DNA from: Macrostomum lignano
Taxonomy: Eukaryota
NCBI GenBank assembly: GCA_002269645.1
Contig: NIVC01000829.1
Coordinates: 62,001 to 126,000 of the forward strand
Length of the DNA stretch: 64,000 nt
Direction: 5' to 3'
Every line of letters starts with the position of its first letter. The stretch's first letter is position 1. Position numbers and translations under genes: made by a program. The notes below the pieces were generated by a model. That model was given only the letters and a program-made list of their open reading frames with translations. It was not told where the DNA came from and did no database searches. This document shows, piece by piece, positions 10,831-33,835 of the stretch.

Positions 10831-13444
10831 TTTCTGCTTTTGCTTTAGTCTGTTATCACTTTTGGCTAGGCTTTGATATATTTTGAGTTTTTTTACTCAA
10901 AAATGTTTGACTTTTCGCAGAATGCGCGTGGATTTTCGTCCTGATTCAGTTTAGTTACATGCAACTGCATATACACGTACTAACTTTGAGTCAGTTTTGC
11001 AATATAGGACTGGTCGAAGGAAGAAACACAGGAATACAGATGATTGCAGACAGCACGTGAACAACCTCTTGCCAATTATCGGGAATACAAAGAACTAAAT
11101 TGGGCCAGCGAGAGTTGATTAGACAACGCAAAGCTATAAAACACGGGTATAAAAGTCACCTGCACAGCGCACCAACCACCTCTCCCACGTACAGCAAACC
11201 CCTGCCTCGCACCAACTCCTAAACATAGGCCCAAGGCAGGCAGTCTTGGGGCGCCGCTAACTCCGATTGGCTGACCAAACTTATGCTATTTTTCATTGTT
11301 ATTACTTGTTATGGGTCCTGTCCTGTTATAGTATATTTTAGGAAGTTCGCGCTTTCTATGCACCTAAATATTTTATGTTGTACGTGGTTGTGTTTGGGGG
11401 GGGGGGTTATTTGCAACGTGCGTGTACAAAACCCAAACCCCACCCCAATCGTCGGCTTATAAAATATATCGATAGTCAGACCCGAGCGCCAAGTCTGATT
11501 TCTCACAATCAATCTTTGCTGGCTTTACAAATTGTTTTTTAGCCTTCTTGCTTTTGAGGATCTTGGGTGCGTATTAATATCGGATTTCACGATGACAACG
11601 TCAGATAGTCTAGCTAAATGCTGGAGCGGGGATATAGGGATATGTGATTTTGCAATAGGGGAAATCTATTGTCTTGGGCGCGGAGTCGCGTAGCCTTCCT
11701 CAGTGATCTCCGCTGGAATTCCGGTGCTGCGATAGAGATGTGGCTAAAACAAAATTTCTTCTTCAAATGAGTTTGTATGTATTTTGCTGCCGTTAAGAAT
11801 ATATCCCAGGACCCAGGCACAGACTGGCTAGCTGAAGTGTGCGTAGGATCTAGAGGAATTGTCAAAATCTTGAGTAAAGATCTCACAAAAGTAGTAAGAT
11901 AATGAAATGCCTTAATTTGGCACGGCTGGCAATTAGATGGGTCACTCGGCTCTGGTGCGGATCCAGGCAGTACAGGCTTCGGTTTCTTCGTGAGAGTTTG
12001 AGATCTGGGGAATCGACAAGCAACATTAAATTGAAGAGGGCCGGAATAACAGTTTCTATGGAAGAGATCAGAATGAACTTTTGGTCAAGATAAAATAGTG
12101 GGGAGCAAATCACGAATTCTAATGGGGTGGAGGGGTACGAGTACCAGTTCTTGACTGATAGGCACGCAATTGCTCGTTTCTATAAAATTCGAATGATGTG
12201 ACAAAAACGACATTGAACTGCCTCTTGACCTGCGCAGCCGAGTGACGCCACCTGCCTTGCTCTGATTGGTTAATGGAATGGGAATCAAAATGGGATGTCA
12301 CGTGACTTGGAGAAATATATATTACAGGAATGGGATTTCACTGGGTGCGTTTCGCTTAGATTATTTTGAACGAAAGCAAGGAGGCTGTGGTGGATGGAAG
12401 AGTGCGGTGGGCGTCATATGATTCATGGTGGCAAGAGACCTTAATTGATATCCTGGGTTGGATCGGGCAATAGGCGAGCATGAGAAGACAAACACAATGC
12501 GTTATAATGTGTTTAACACGTATAATGTGACAGTAGTCGATGCTTAACAAAATTTTTATGTGTACTTGACCTGCATTGCACTTGTAATGCTTTTTAAAAT
12601 CTTATAAATTCCGCTACACCGTGTTACTAAACCATCTCACTTCAAATTGTTTGAGCATGGTTCTCGCAGTAAATTACCGATGAATAACTCACAAAAATAT
12701 CGGATGCATGTATTTTGCTTCAAAAGCTGAAGCCGTTTGCTATATAATATACATGTGAAATTACTATCCATTTTTCATAAATATCAAACATCAAAAGGAC
12801 TCGCTTTTACGATGCATTTGTTTGCTGTTAAAATTATTTTGATTATACAAGCCAATTCCTCAAGCTTTAACAGTTTAATCCTACTCGAAGTAGAAATATT
12901 GGGATATAAGCAGTTTTTTGTGTTCATTTTTGGAGTCAGGCTATTTCTCATTCCAATCGGCGCGTGAAGATTCCTGTCATAAATCCAGGCAGTGGCTATT
13001 AATTTCTTACATGTAGTATCGCAATCAAGGGTTTAACATCAGTTTGTAAATTTGTACAAAATTAATTTAAAACAGTTCCAATGATTACTCGTATTAGTTA
13101 TTATTTGCTCCTCTGGCTTAGCAAGCCAATTTTAGACAGAACTAGCGCAAAATTTCACGGCTTAAACTTCGGTTCTTAACGTGCAGAATATCAGATACAT
13201 AGTTTTAGACAACGCTTTACATCCTTTCAAAAACATCTTCCTTTTATGTCCCCTATTGTTGAATTGCCCGTTCCAGTCGGCTCCTGTCTGCTGCCTTTGT
13301 CTTTAACGGAATTATATATCATGCTTGACATCAATCTGCGAGTCTTGATCTGCCACGATAAAAAGAGCTTATCACAGCCGTCAGCAAAGGATAATTATGT
13401 ACATAATAGGTGGCCATAGTTCCATACCGCGCATTTTCTCTACA

Positions 13445-14640
13445 TTAAGCGAAAACCCGTATGGTCAGCAGGGCTGACCATAGACTACTGCTATGTAAAA
13501 TTATAGTGCTGCTTTAACATCGCCAAAACCCGTTACTTGAGAGAGTGTGTTTGGAACACTCTGTCCCCTTCTTTGGGGTTTCAGCCATAGAACCTATCAC
13601 TGTGAACTGCTTCTGCCCTTCCTTCCTCGTACTGTATCACTATCCCTAGTAAGATTTTTCTCCTTTGCATTCAATCTAGATTGTTTACCTCTTCATTTTA
13701 AGAAGAATTGTCATATAATTTGCTATTTCGACGGATAAGTAATGAGTCTTCATCAACTTCTTACAAGCGACGAGTCCAACAGCTCATCGACTGAGTCAGA
13801 TCAGGACTCAGTTATTGAAGTAATTGAGGAGCCAACCTTGGAGATGGAGGATGAGGAAAACGAATGGACAATTGTCAACGACGGAGAAGATGACAGAGGA
13901 AAAAGACGGTGCGTCCACCCATCGCGTCCTGTTGCCGATGCTGTTCACTTGCCCAGTAAGCTGCCTGCCACACCTGGTAACCAGCGGCCTGCACGTCGCT
14001 GCAGAGTCTGCTATCGCAATGGCATCACCAAACGTACCGTCTTCGTCTGTCAGTGTCAGCAGTGCCCGGGTCAGCCCGGCTTGTGCATCCCTGACTGCTT
14101 TCGAGCCTGGCACTCGTAGGCTGAGAGGAGACTTGTTCGTTTTACTCCTGCTGACTACCTGTTATTGTCTTGCCTCACAATGCATAAAAGTTAGGTAGTG
14201 TAATAGCAACAGAAGTAAAGCTAAATTTACTGGATCTTTTACAAAATTTATTAAACAAGAACTCAAAGCAATGCTACATCTGGAAGCTAGAAATTCAAAA
14301 CATTGAGACCATTTCAAAGTTTTAACTACTAAGAACTTGAAAAAGTTTCAAAAAGTCGAAAACAGAACGTTATTTACTAGTTCAGCACCCTACTATTCAG
14401 GTGCGATTGAGCAGACAGCTTTGAGCTATGCACTTTCACTCTTTTAGCAGAGTGAGAAAAGGAATTTTAGTAATTCATGTTTTTTGTGAAATAAATTTTC
14501 ATGCTTTTGATATTTTTGACGATATTTTTGAGTTTTTGACATGCTTGAATGCATGTTTTCTCGTTATTATACTTCATATAGACTACTTACAGCCATGGTC
14601 AGCCAAGCTGACCACATGGGTTTTCGTGATGGGCTGTTAA
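13445..14640 (+). mobile_element. Internally deleted piggyBac-family DNA transposon
   Basis: TTAA at 13445-13448 and 14637-14640. Imperfect terminal inverted repeats (gaaaacccgtatggtcagcagggctgaccat versus the reverse complement of 14595-14626). The internal ORF has a piggyBac cysteine-rich domain. An alternative right end lies at TTAA 14735-14738. Confidence 0.7.
13742..14119 (+). CDS. Truncated piggyBac transposase: acidic N-terminus fused to the C-terminal cysteine-rich domain, no DDD core
   Basis: 125 aa. SDESNSSSTESDQDS...EW is followed by HLPSKLPATPGNQRPARRCRVC..T..CQQCPGQPGLCIPDCFRAWH, a PGBD4-type CRD pattern. Confidence 0.75.
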   Translation: MSLHQLLTSDESNSSSTESDQDSVIEVIEEPTLEMEDEENEWTIVNDGEDDRGKRRCVHPSRPVADAVHLPSKLPATPGNQRPARRCRVCYRNGITKRTVFVCQCQQCPGQPGLCIPDCFRAWHS

Positions 14641-15422
14641 GTGAAGACAAAAATTGAGTCTATGGCCATACGAGTTGGATTTTAGCTAAAGTGATGCATG
14701 GTCAGCCACGCTGACCATCGGATTTGAAGATGTTTTAACACGGCATATGCTTTAGGCATGGTAAGCGCTGTTTACCTTCAGTCAGTTTTCTAAAAAGTTT
14801 TAAATACTCCTGTCTGAGCAACCCAAGGCTGCCTGCCTTCACTACAGAATTGCACTTTATCCCAACTCAACGTCTTATACCCGCAGTTCGTGCTATAAAC
14901 TCCTTCCATTGTTTCAAGCATTTTTCCGTCTTCAGTCGCAGCTGCTAATGCATTCTATCCGGCCTTGGCCCAGCTCCCCGTCAGCCTCTTTCTCTTCACT
15001 CTTCCTATACTCCCCACCTCTCCTCCTTAACACGCTCGCGAATCCCAGGCCCTACCCCTTTGCCATACCCTCGTATACAGCTCCCATGCTTGAGCAGCCC
15101 GCCCGCGATTCACTCCCTGTCCGCTCATCCAACTCAACCCCTCCCCTCCTCCGCCGCTACCTGCCGTCTGTCTGCAGCGTGAGTCGCCTTGACAACCAGC
15201 GAGAATTCCACTGGGCTGGCTAATGGCCGCTCTGCAATTTTTTACCGACTGACTGGTTGAGCTGTAGCAGCTATAGGCTGCGATTCATCGGGAGGGAGGG
15301 AAGGTATAGTGGGGAAGGCAGAACTGCGGTGGTCACAATAACCGCCTACATATAAAGCTATAGTCTAGCTGGATTTGCAACTCTGCCATGCTGGGTATCT
15401 CCTGATTCCGAGCGCTAAAACT

Positions 15423-26855
<11,433 letters not shown>

Positions 26856-27691
26856 GAAAATATACTAACTGGATTTTGAATATTGATCAGCTATTTTGTG
26901 TCACACACTTTACAAAAAAATCAATCTAGTAATTTACTGTGTAGCAGGCAACCTTGCGTATTCACCTGTGTTTATTTATTATGACTTGAATTTCGTCTTC
27001 ACGTGAGCTTCTTATTATTCAATCAATCATGTACTAGTCTGTTTAGTAAAATGTACTTTTAATTTAGCAATCGACTGGCAGTACGACTTAACATTGATGT
27101 CACGCAAGGCCGATTTGAACAGCGTCACATTTCTTAAATTTGTTTAACTATCACATTGAATTCTTTATTTGAGCTTGTTATTACCATTCTTCTATACACT
27201 GATCTTATTTTGGAAACTTTTTTCTCACGTCACTTTCTCGACAATTCAAAAAATGTATTTATTTTGCGATCGTGTTTTATTAATTTTCTGACAAATATAT
27301 TTGCAACGGACGAGTTGATTTAATTTGGCTTATATATTATTGATTCAAGAGTCACTTAACATTGAATGCTTCAGATATTCTGTTTCTTTTGAAGACCGTC
27401 ACTAAAAGTAAAGAATTGTTGCAATATCGAGAACTGTCTCCACAAAATTGAATATGGAATCGTTTTTTATCAGAATATTTTTATAAACGTGTGCGACTAC
27501 GAGCTAAAAAAAAGCAACGCTAAATTTGGCTCCATTGATTTAAATATCTGTCAACAATTTTGTTTTAGTTTCTGCCATAGAGTTCGCATTAAAAAGCCCA
27601 CGCCAAGAAGTCTCAGCTTCTTTAATTCCCGGTCGGCTAGTGCTGCAGTGAAAGCAGCTTATCAGAAATATCAAAGGCAGCAGTTAGTGGA

Positions 27692-30600
27692 TTGAAAGTC
27701 AAATCAGCTGCTTTCGTCAAACAGATGGAGACAGATAGCAACAAGCAGCGGCAGCTTCAGGAGATGCTCGGCCTGCAGCTCCATAGCAGGGAACTGCACA
27801 CTGCCAAGTCAATCGTCAACCCGGATGCCAGTTTGCCGGGACAGTACGTAAATCAGACCAGCTATGCTCCTGCCAGGCCAAACAGACAACTTCGGCCACT
27901 TGTGGCCAGGCGGGACGACCAGATGATCAACTGTGGACCAGGAAATTACGTCCCAATGTCAGGTGGTGCTGCCACACCAAGCAAGACTGCCTCTACTCTG
28001 GTGGCACCTGTTTTAAATAGTAAATATTCGGACACCAAAGTTATAAATCAATCTATGGAAGAATCGTCTAACATTGTCAGAAGCGAGCCTCGAACGTTGC
28101 GGCCTGTGCCTCTACAGAATTTTAAACCAAGCAAACCTCAGAATTACATGTATTGCCCCATGGGAAACGAGTTGGAGAGGCTTAAATGCCTATCAAAACA
28201 ACACAATGATTTATGCAATCAAGAAAAGCAAGATGGAGCATGGAACAAATTGGCAGCTGAAGGAGTTCAAAGCGAACGAGCATCGACTCCACAAAATTAC
28301 GATTTCCGACAAAAACTTCTTGCTGACAAAGAGTTGGAGCTTCAACAGTTGTATCAATCTCAACAGCAGGAGAAGGACCGCAGTCAGATGTTGAAAGCTC
28401 AAGTGGAGAAGAACATTGAGCTGCAGCTAACCCAGGCTCGTCAAGAGTTGGAGCTTCAGCGACAACGAAATGCAGAGCTGGAAAAACGTCTGAAGCAACG
28501 GCAAGATGCCATCCAGCAGTTGGCTCTGGAACTAAATTTGAACTCGCAACTGGATGAAGAAGAATGCAATCCGAAATTGGACACCGCGCGTTTTCAGGTA
28601 GAGACTGGCCAGCAGCTGCGCCCGGTAGAAAAGCAGAGCAGAGTGCATCAGACGCAGAAGTCTGACCAACAGAGCCGCAATTTCAGCAAGTCTGTTCTAG
28701 AAACCGATACGCTGGACCAAATGCTCCACGAAATGCGCAGTAAATCTGCCAAGGAAAAAGACCGGTTGGATAAATTGTTGCTAATTAAAAAACTGGAGTC
28801 ACTGAAGCAGCAAGCTGACTATGAGCGACTGCGAGTGAGCGACAAGGAAGACAGACTAGTAAGGAGAGAGCAAAAAACGAAAAAGCAATTGGCTCTAATG
28901 TCTGAGTCTGAAATTGACAGTGACGTATCTTCACGATCGGAGAATTCACCGCAGCAGCAAAGACAAAAGAGCTGTAGAGGAGCACGGAGCAACTGGCAGG
29001 CACGTGACATCGGTGACGCTTTCAGGAACCAGTCATCACTGATGCAGCTAGTGGACAATGCAGCTGTTAATCTAACTCTTCGAAACGTACAAAGTCGAGG
29101 AGGCTCAGGTGAGACCGACGAATCACCGGTGCAGGAAACGGGACGGCGTCTAAGGAGTCGCGTGGATTATGACAGACCTCAGCAACAGCGAGACACGGGC
29201 GATGGCAGCAGACAACTGCAACATCAGAAAGATTGCAGCTATTCGAGTTTTCATGCAAAACACGGCCGACTAAAATTAGCGGCCGAAAATCTTGCTAGAA
29301 TGCCGGCTGCAAAAAGTCTGCTGCATGGCCATAGGATCCGGTCCAGATCGTGCGAGCGCATGGATTCCAGACGGAGAAATTCACCCGCTTTGATCATGTC
29401 ATCCTCCAGCGGTCGCCCGATCGGCATGGGCCTCAGTCGGCTCCTAGAAGAATCGCAGAGGGACTCGGATGACTCATCAAAAGGCTATAACGTGAGAAGC
29501 GCTATGGAGGTGGACGTCAGTTTCTCAAGCAGCGAAGAGAGCGGCGGCGAGGAAGAGCAGTTGGCAATCAAAAGGCAGAAGCGGCTGGCTCAGCAAAGAA
29601 AAAGCGAGGGCCCGCCCTCGACATCCCCGTCAGATGAGGACAGATTTGAGCAAAGGAATCCTGAGATGCAGAATCGCATTAGCTCCCGACGGTCCTCAGT
29701 AATAAACCAAGGCGAAAACAAATATCCAGGAGTGGACTCGGAAAAAAACTTACCCGGTAGCCACAGAGCTGCTCCTAGTAGACGCTCCTTTGGCAACAAG
29801 GATGACATGGACCACGCTGACCAGAGCAGACAGAGGAGACAGTCAGAAAAGTCAGTCGAAGGCACCAAGTCCTATCCTAGGCGGTCAGCTACAAACGATG
29901 TTGAACTGGCGGATGATGATGAGGAAAGCAAGCCACAAGTTTACACTGGAAAGCAAGTCGAAGTTCTCGAGAGAAGGCCTCGATTCAAACCAAGGCATTC
30001 GGTTGGAAACGAAGACGAAATAGACTATGCTGACCAAAACAGATCAAAGAGACATTCCGAAAAGCAATCGGAAAACCCCATGGGTTTGCCAAGGTCGAAT
30101 CCAAGACGTTCAGTTGGAAATGACAACGAACTGGATAACTATGACCAGAGCAGACCGATGCCGATTAAAAGCAGCAGTTCTCCGTCTGAAGCAGATCGAG
30201 GAAACAAATACCTGCCAGAAAGCAGTCGATTCGTTGGCAACAGAGCAGCTGCAAGGCCGACTTCAACAGACAATGGTATGGACTCGATGCCTGAAGAATG
30301 GTCAGGGAGGCCTGTACAGGCGCAGTACCCAAGCCCGAGCGATGAGAACACCAACACTGACGAAAACGAGGGGCGAAAAAGTGAGCCAAAAATGTTCAAG
30401 CTGCCAGAGGCTCCAAAGCCGGTGGTTCTGGATTCGGACGATGATGAAAACTGGGACGAGGACAGGCGGCGTCGAATTAGACGAAAGCAAAGCCGAAGAC
30501 CGTCTAAGCTTTCCATAGCATCCCATCTGTCCAGAAATCCGGACAATCATTCTGGCGACGATGAAGACGAGGCTCACGAACCGCCGAGAACACTGAACTC

Positions 30601-32026
30601 TGGCGCAGATGAGAATCCATCGAGTCGACCTCGCAGACAATCGGAAAAGTCAATCAAGTCTGTAGCTGAGACAAAAGCCGGTGAAAACGAGAATGTAGAT
30701 TCGAGATTTCAGGATTCGAACAAGGCTACTGACCCAGCTAAACTGTTAGCGTACGCTGATTCTGACGCAAGTCAGCTCGATGCCGAGACGTCAGACAAAG
30801 ACATCGAGTCGACGGACGCAACTGAAGCATCGGCGATTCAGCAACAAAAATTACAGTCGAAAAACGTTTTGAGAGACAACACAGATACTGATGTACAGCC
30901 GGCACTGAGGGAGAAAAGTCTCAACAAGAGTATGAAGTTGGGCATTGCTGGCGAGCAAACCGGATTACAGCAGCCGCAGGAAGGCGACGAGGGGCCGACA
31001 ACGGCAGCGCCTACTCAGCGGCACAGCTGGCGCAGCAAGCACAACAAGGCGGCGCCGGACTCGTACACGCAGGACTCCGAGCATCGCGGCGTTCTTGACG
31101 ATACGCGGGACACAGATTCGGACACGCGAAGTACCCAGCCGCCTCAGGGCTCATACGCGCTTCGACCAGAGACGGGCGGCAAAGTGCAACTGCTGGCTCG
31201 CAGATTCTTCCAGCATCAGGACCAGATGAAGCAGAAAAAAGCCGAGGCGGAAGCGCCCGACTCGGCGTCGGACCACGCAAAAAAGGAGGCAAGCAAGCCA
31301 GGCGCAGCCGCTACCGCAAAATTCAAAGACGAGAAGCCAACCGCTGCAGCGCAGGAAAAGAGGGCGCTGGTAAAGTCGGTCAGCCGACTACCAGCCACCG
31401 AGGGCGGCGCTATGCAGATTAAGCCAGAGGACACTCTGTCAGTGGAGGACATCGAAGCCTGCAAAAGTCGCGCCCAGCGAAAGAACGAAGAGCGCAGAAA
31501 GCGACGCGAGAACAAAGAGACTGGCCAGGTCGCCCCTGTCGCTCCCGTCTCAGACTTGGACGAAGATGACGACGTGGCGCCCGTGATGCAGCAGGAAAGC
31601 CTCGGAGAACAGCTCCGACGGTCGCACAAGGAGCCAGACCACAACGAAGTCGCTCCCATGACAGGCGACGAGCTGCCGAAGCCCGAGGAGAAGCGCCGCG
31701 ATAGCGAAGGCGTAATGGCGCTGGAGCAGGTGCGCGAGCAAGAGCCTCAGCAGCAGCCCAAGCCGCACCTATCGAATAGAGCGTCGAAACCCAAAGAGTC
31801 GGTGGCCGCCCGAGCGCCGGTCCCTGCTGTGACTAAACCGCAACAACGTCGACGGAAACGCCGGAGATCGAGCCGGCTGGAACCGGTTGCGAGGTCGATG
31901 TCGCTGCCGCCGCAGCCCACCGTCATCTACTGCTGTCTGCCGTGTCCTCCGGCGAACTGCTGCAGGAATCGGTGCGCGATGCCCAATTGCTACAGAGCAG
32001 CCGGCTACTGCTGCCGGCGCTGCTAA
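27692..32026 (+). CDS. Large intronless orphan protein (coiled coil, long disordered region with internal repeats, Cys-rich tail)
   Basis: 1444 codons without a stop. First ATG at 27725. Q/E/L coiled coil near aa 160-290; repeats of the form RRSxGNxDEL/IDxxDQxR; tail CCLPCPPANCCRNRCAMPNCYRAAGYCCRRC. No family recognised. Confidence 0.75.
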   Translation: MKVKSAAFVKQMETDSNKQRQLQEMLGLQLHSRELHTAKSIVNPDASLPGQYVNQTSYAPARPNRQLRPLVARRDDQMINCGPGNYVPMSGGAATPSKTASTLVAPVLNSKYSDTKVINQSMEESSNIVRSEPRTLRPVPLQNFKPSKPQNYMYCPMGNELERLKCLSKQHNDLCNQEKQDGAWNKLAAEGVQSERASTPQNYDFRQKLLADKELELQQLYQSQQQEKDRSQMLKAQVEKNIELQLTQARQELELQRQRNAELEKRLKQRQDAIQQLALELNLNSQLDEEECNPKLDTARFQVETGQQLRPVEKQSRVHQTQKSDQQSRNFSKSVLETDTLDQMLHEMRSKSAKEKDRLDKLLLIKKLESLKQQADYERLRVSDKEDRLVRREQKTKKQLALMSESEIDSDVSSRSENSPQQQRQKSCRGARSNWQARDIGDAFRNQSSLMQLVDNAAVNLTLRNVQSRGGSGETDESPVQETGRRLRSRVDYDRPQQQRDTGDGSRQLQHQKDCSYSSFHAKHGRLKLAAENLARMPAAKSLLHGHRIRSRSCERMDSRRRNSPALIMSSSSGRPIGMGLSRLLEESQRDSDDSSKGYNVRSAMEVDVSFSSSEESGGEEEQLAIKRQKRLAQQRKSEGPPSTSPSDEDRFEQRNPEMQNRISSRRSSVINQGENKYPGVDSEKNLPGSHRAAPSRRSFGNKDDMDHADQSRQRRQSEKSVEGTKSYPRRSATNDVELADDDEESKPQVYTGKQVEVLERRPRFKPRHSVGNEDEIDYADQNRSKRHSEKQSENPMGLPRSNPRRSVGNDNELDNYDQSRPMPIKSSSSPSEADRGNKYLPESSRFVGNRAAARPTSTDNGMDSMPEEWSGRPVQAQYPSPSDENTNTDENEGRKSEPKMFKLPEAPKPVVLDSDDDENWDEDRRRRIRRKQSRRPSKLSIASHLSRNPDNHSGDDEDEAHEPPRTLNSGADENPSSRPRRQSEKSIKSVAETKAGENENVDSRFQDSNKATDPAKLLAYADSDASQLDAETSDKDIESTDATEASAIQQQKLQSKNVLRDNTDTDVQPALREKSLNKSMKLGIAGEQTGLQQPQEGDEGPTTAAPTQRHSWRSKHNKAAPDSYTQDSEHRGVLDDTRDTDSDTRSTQPPQGSYALRPETGGKVQLLARRFFQHQDQMKQKKAEAEAPDSASDHAKKEASKPGAAATAKFKDEKPTAAAQEKRALVKSVSRLPATEGGAMQIKPEDTLSVEDIEACKSRAQRKNEERRKRRENKETGQVAPVAPVSDLDEDDDVAPVMQQESLGEQLRRSHKEPDHNEVAPMTGDELPKPEEKRRDSEGVMALEQVREQEPQQQPKPHLSNRASKPKESVAARAPVPAVTKPQQRRRKRRRSSRLEPVARSMSLPPQPTVIYCCLPCPPANCCRNRCAMPNCYRAAGYCCRRC

Positions 32027-32680
32027 CTCTGTTTTCTGTTTCCTTCCGAACTCCCCCCACCCGAGACGGCATCCGTGAATCATTTATTGCTTTTGTTTTC
32101 TTTTCAATAACAAAAATTCCAAGACACCGCTGCCATCCTTTTGTCAGCAACAAGTTAACCACCCGACAGACGTGCACTTCTGTATATAAAACTATAAGTT
32201 TCGTTTTTGAATCTAAACAGACACCGCATTATTAAATGAAGTGTGTTTTTCAAATCTACAATTTTGTTAAAACGCTTTTAAATTAGATCAGGAAATTGTC
32301 TTTTGTTAAATACTACAAAATATCGAGCTGTAAAATGACTGACTCCAAAACATCATAATTAGTCATGAGATGATTTACAAGAACGAGGAAATGGTAACTT
32401 TTAGAAAAAAAGCTTCATTTTTGGCCTATCAGAGGCCTATAAACTGGTGTTTTTATTGCTTAAAAACTTATGAAGTTCAACCATCACTATAGTTGATAGA
32501 CAGAGTATCGTAGAAGCGTGACCAGTCTAAGCAGCCAGAGTTCAATAAATGCTAGCTACCATCATGATTAAAAAAGTTTACTTAAATGCCGCGCACACTA
32601 CTAATACAGATTATTACAGTAGTATGCCAATACATGAGCAAATCAAGGTCTTTCTACTAAGTTTTCTATCAACAACGCGA

Positions 32681-33712
32681 TCAGTCCTCGTCGGAGTCAA
32701 TCACAGCTGGTCGCCGCCGACTCTTACCCTGATCCGTCGGGACTTCTCCGTCCGAGCCGGTCGATTTCTCAGCCTCGTCAACCTCGGCCTCATCATCATC
32801 CGAGTCGACTAGTTGAGCTCGGCGACCTCTCTGACTCTGACTCGGATTCTGAGTCGAAGTTGGTTTATCAAACGCTTCCAGTTCCTCTTCCGCATCGCTA
32901 TCTGCATCCTCAACATTTGATGAGGAATCATCTTTTGCAGTCTTCGTCGGCGACTGAGGCTCCTGCTGCTGCTGCTGCTGCTGCAAGTCGAAGGACTCTC
33001 CACTGTCGCTGTCAGCAGCTGCCGGCTGATCGCAAGCGGAATCTGCTCGACCATCATCAACGCCTGCCACAGCCGACTCGCTGTCATCCCCAGAGCGATT
33101 ATCGACAGATTTCTTAGACGGCGGCGCGGCAGCGATCCGAGCCTCATCATCAGCCTCTTCATCGTCCTCAGCCTCTCCTCCGCACAGGCCTGTCTGAGCA
33201 TTGGGCGGCAGTCCCGCCCGCATTCGCTTCAACGCATTCCTCACCGGCATCTGGCGGCCAAGACGTTCGAGTCGTTCAGCGGCGTCGTCGAAGGCGAATC
33301 GCGGATGCAGTCGGTGCAGCCAGAGCTCGTAGGCGCGCATAATCGAATTCAGATCGTCGAGTTCGCGGCCGGGCTTACAGGTGACCGGAGCTTTCTGCAT
33401 GGCCTCGAGCAGGCAGGGCAGGCCGCGGTCCCCTAGCAGGCGATTGGCGTCAAGCCGGAGCTGCGGCTGTTTCGGGCCTTTCCGCTTGGCCGCGCCCTCC
33501 TTGGCCAGCTTGTTCAGGCGTTCCAGCATCTCCACGTCTTCGGCTTCGTCTGCCGCGCCACCAACCTGGGTGGAATTGGCCGCGGCAGGGCCTTCCTGGC
33601 CTTCAACGTCGTCTTCGCCGGCTTCTTCCAGCAGCTCGTCATCGACGCCATCGTTGCCAGCTGCTACATCGCCGAATAGTGAATCAACGTCAAGGTCAAC
33701 GAGGTCTGCCAT
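32681..33712 (-). CDS. TIPIN: TIMELESS-interacting protein (Swi3/Csm3 family)
   Basis: Swi3 domain LRLDANRLLGDRGLPCL...GRELDDLNSIMRAYELWLHRLHPRFAFDDAAERLERLG with acidic flanks. Confidence 0.9.
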   Translation of the reverse strand: MADLVDLDVDSLFGDVAAGNDGVDDELLEEAGEDDVEGQEGPAAANSTQVGGAADEAEDVEMLERLNKLAKEGAAKRKGPKQPQLRLDANRLLGDRGLPCLLEAMQKAPVTCKPGRELDDLNSIMRAYELWLHRLHPRFAFDDAAERLERLGRQMPVRNALKRMRAGLPPNAQTGLCGGEAEDDEEADDEARIAAAPPSKKSVDNRSGDDSESAVAGVDDGRADSACDQPAAADSDSGESFDLQQQQQQQEPQSPTKTAKDDSSSNVEDADSDAEEELEAFDKPTSTQNPSQSQRGRRAQLVDSDDDEAEVDEAEKSTGSDGEVPTDQGKSRRRPAVIDSDED

Positions 33713-33835
33713 TGCTCAGCGAAAGTTATAATTGGAGTCTTGCTGAGCTGCGGGGATGGCGTGATTAGGGAGATGATGCACGATTCTTCGAAATCTTAAT
33801 TTCGAAGGGTTAATAAAGCTTAATTAAGGGTCAGA

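Noticed and set aside
11309-11600. Penelope-like RT (DIFYKPT, NTHPRSSK)
   Set aside because: The two motifs are in the wrong order for PLEs, and there is no RT or GIY-YIG context.
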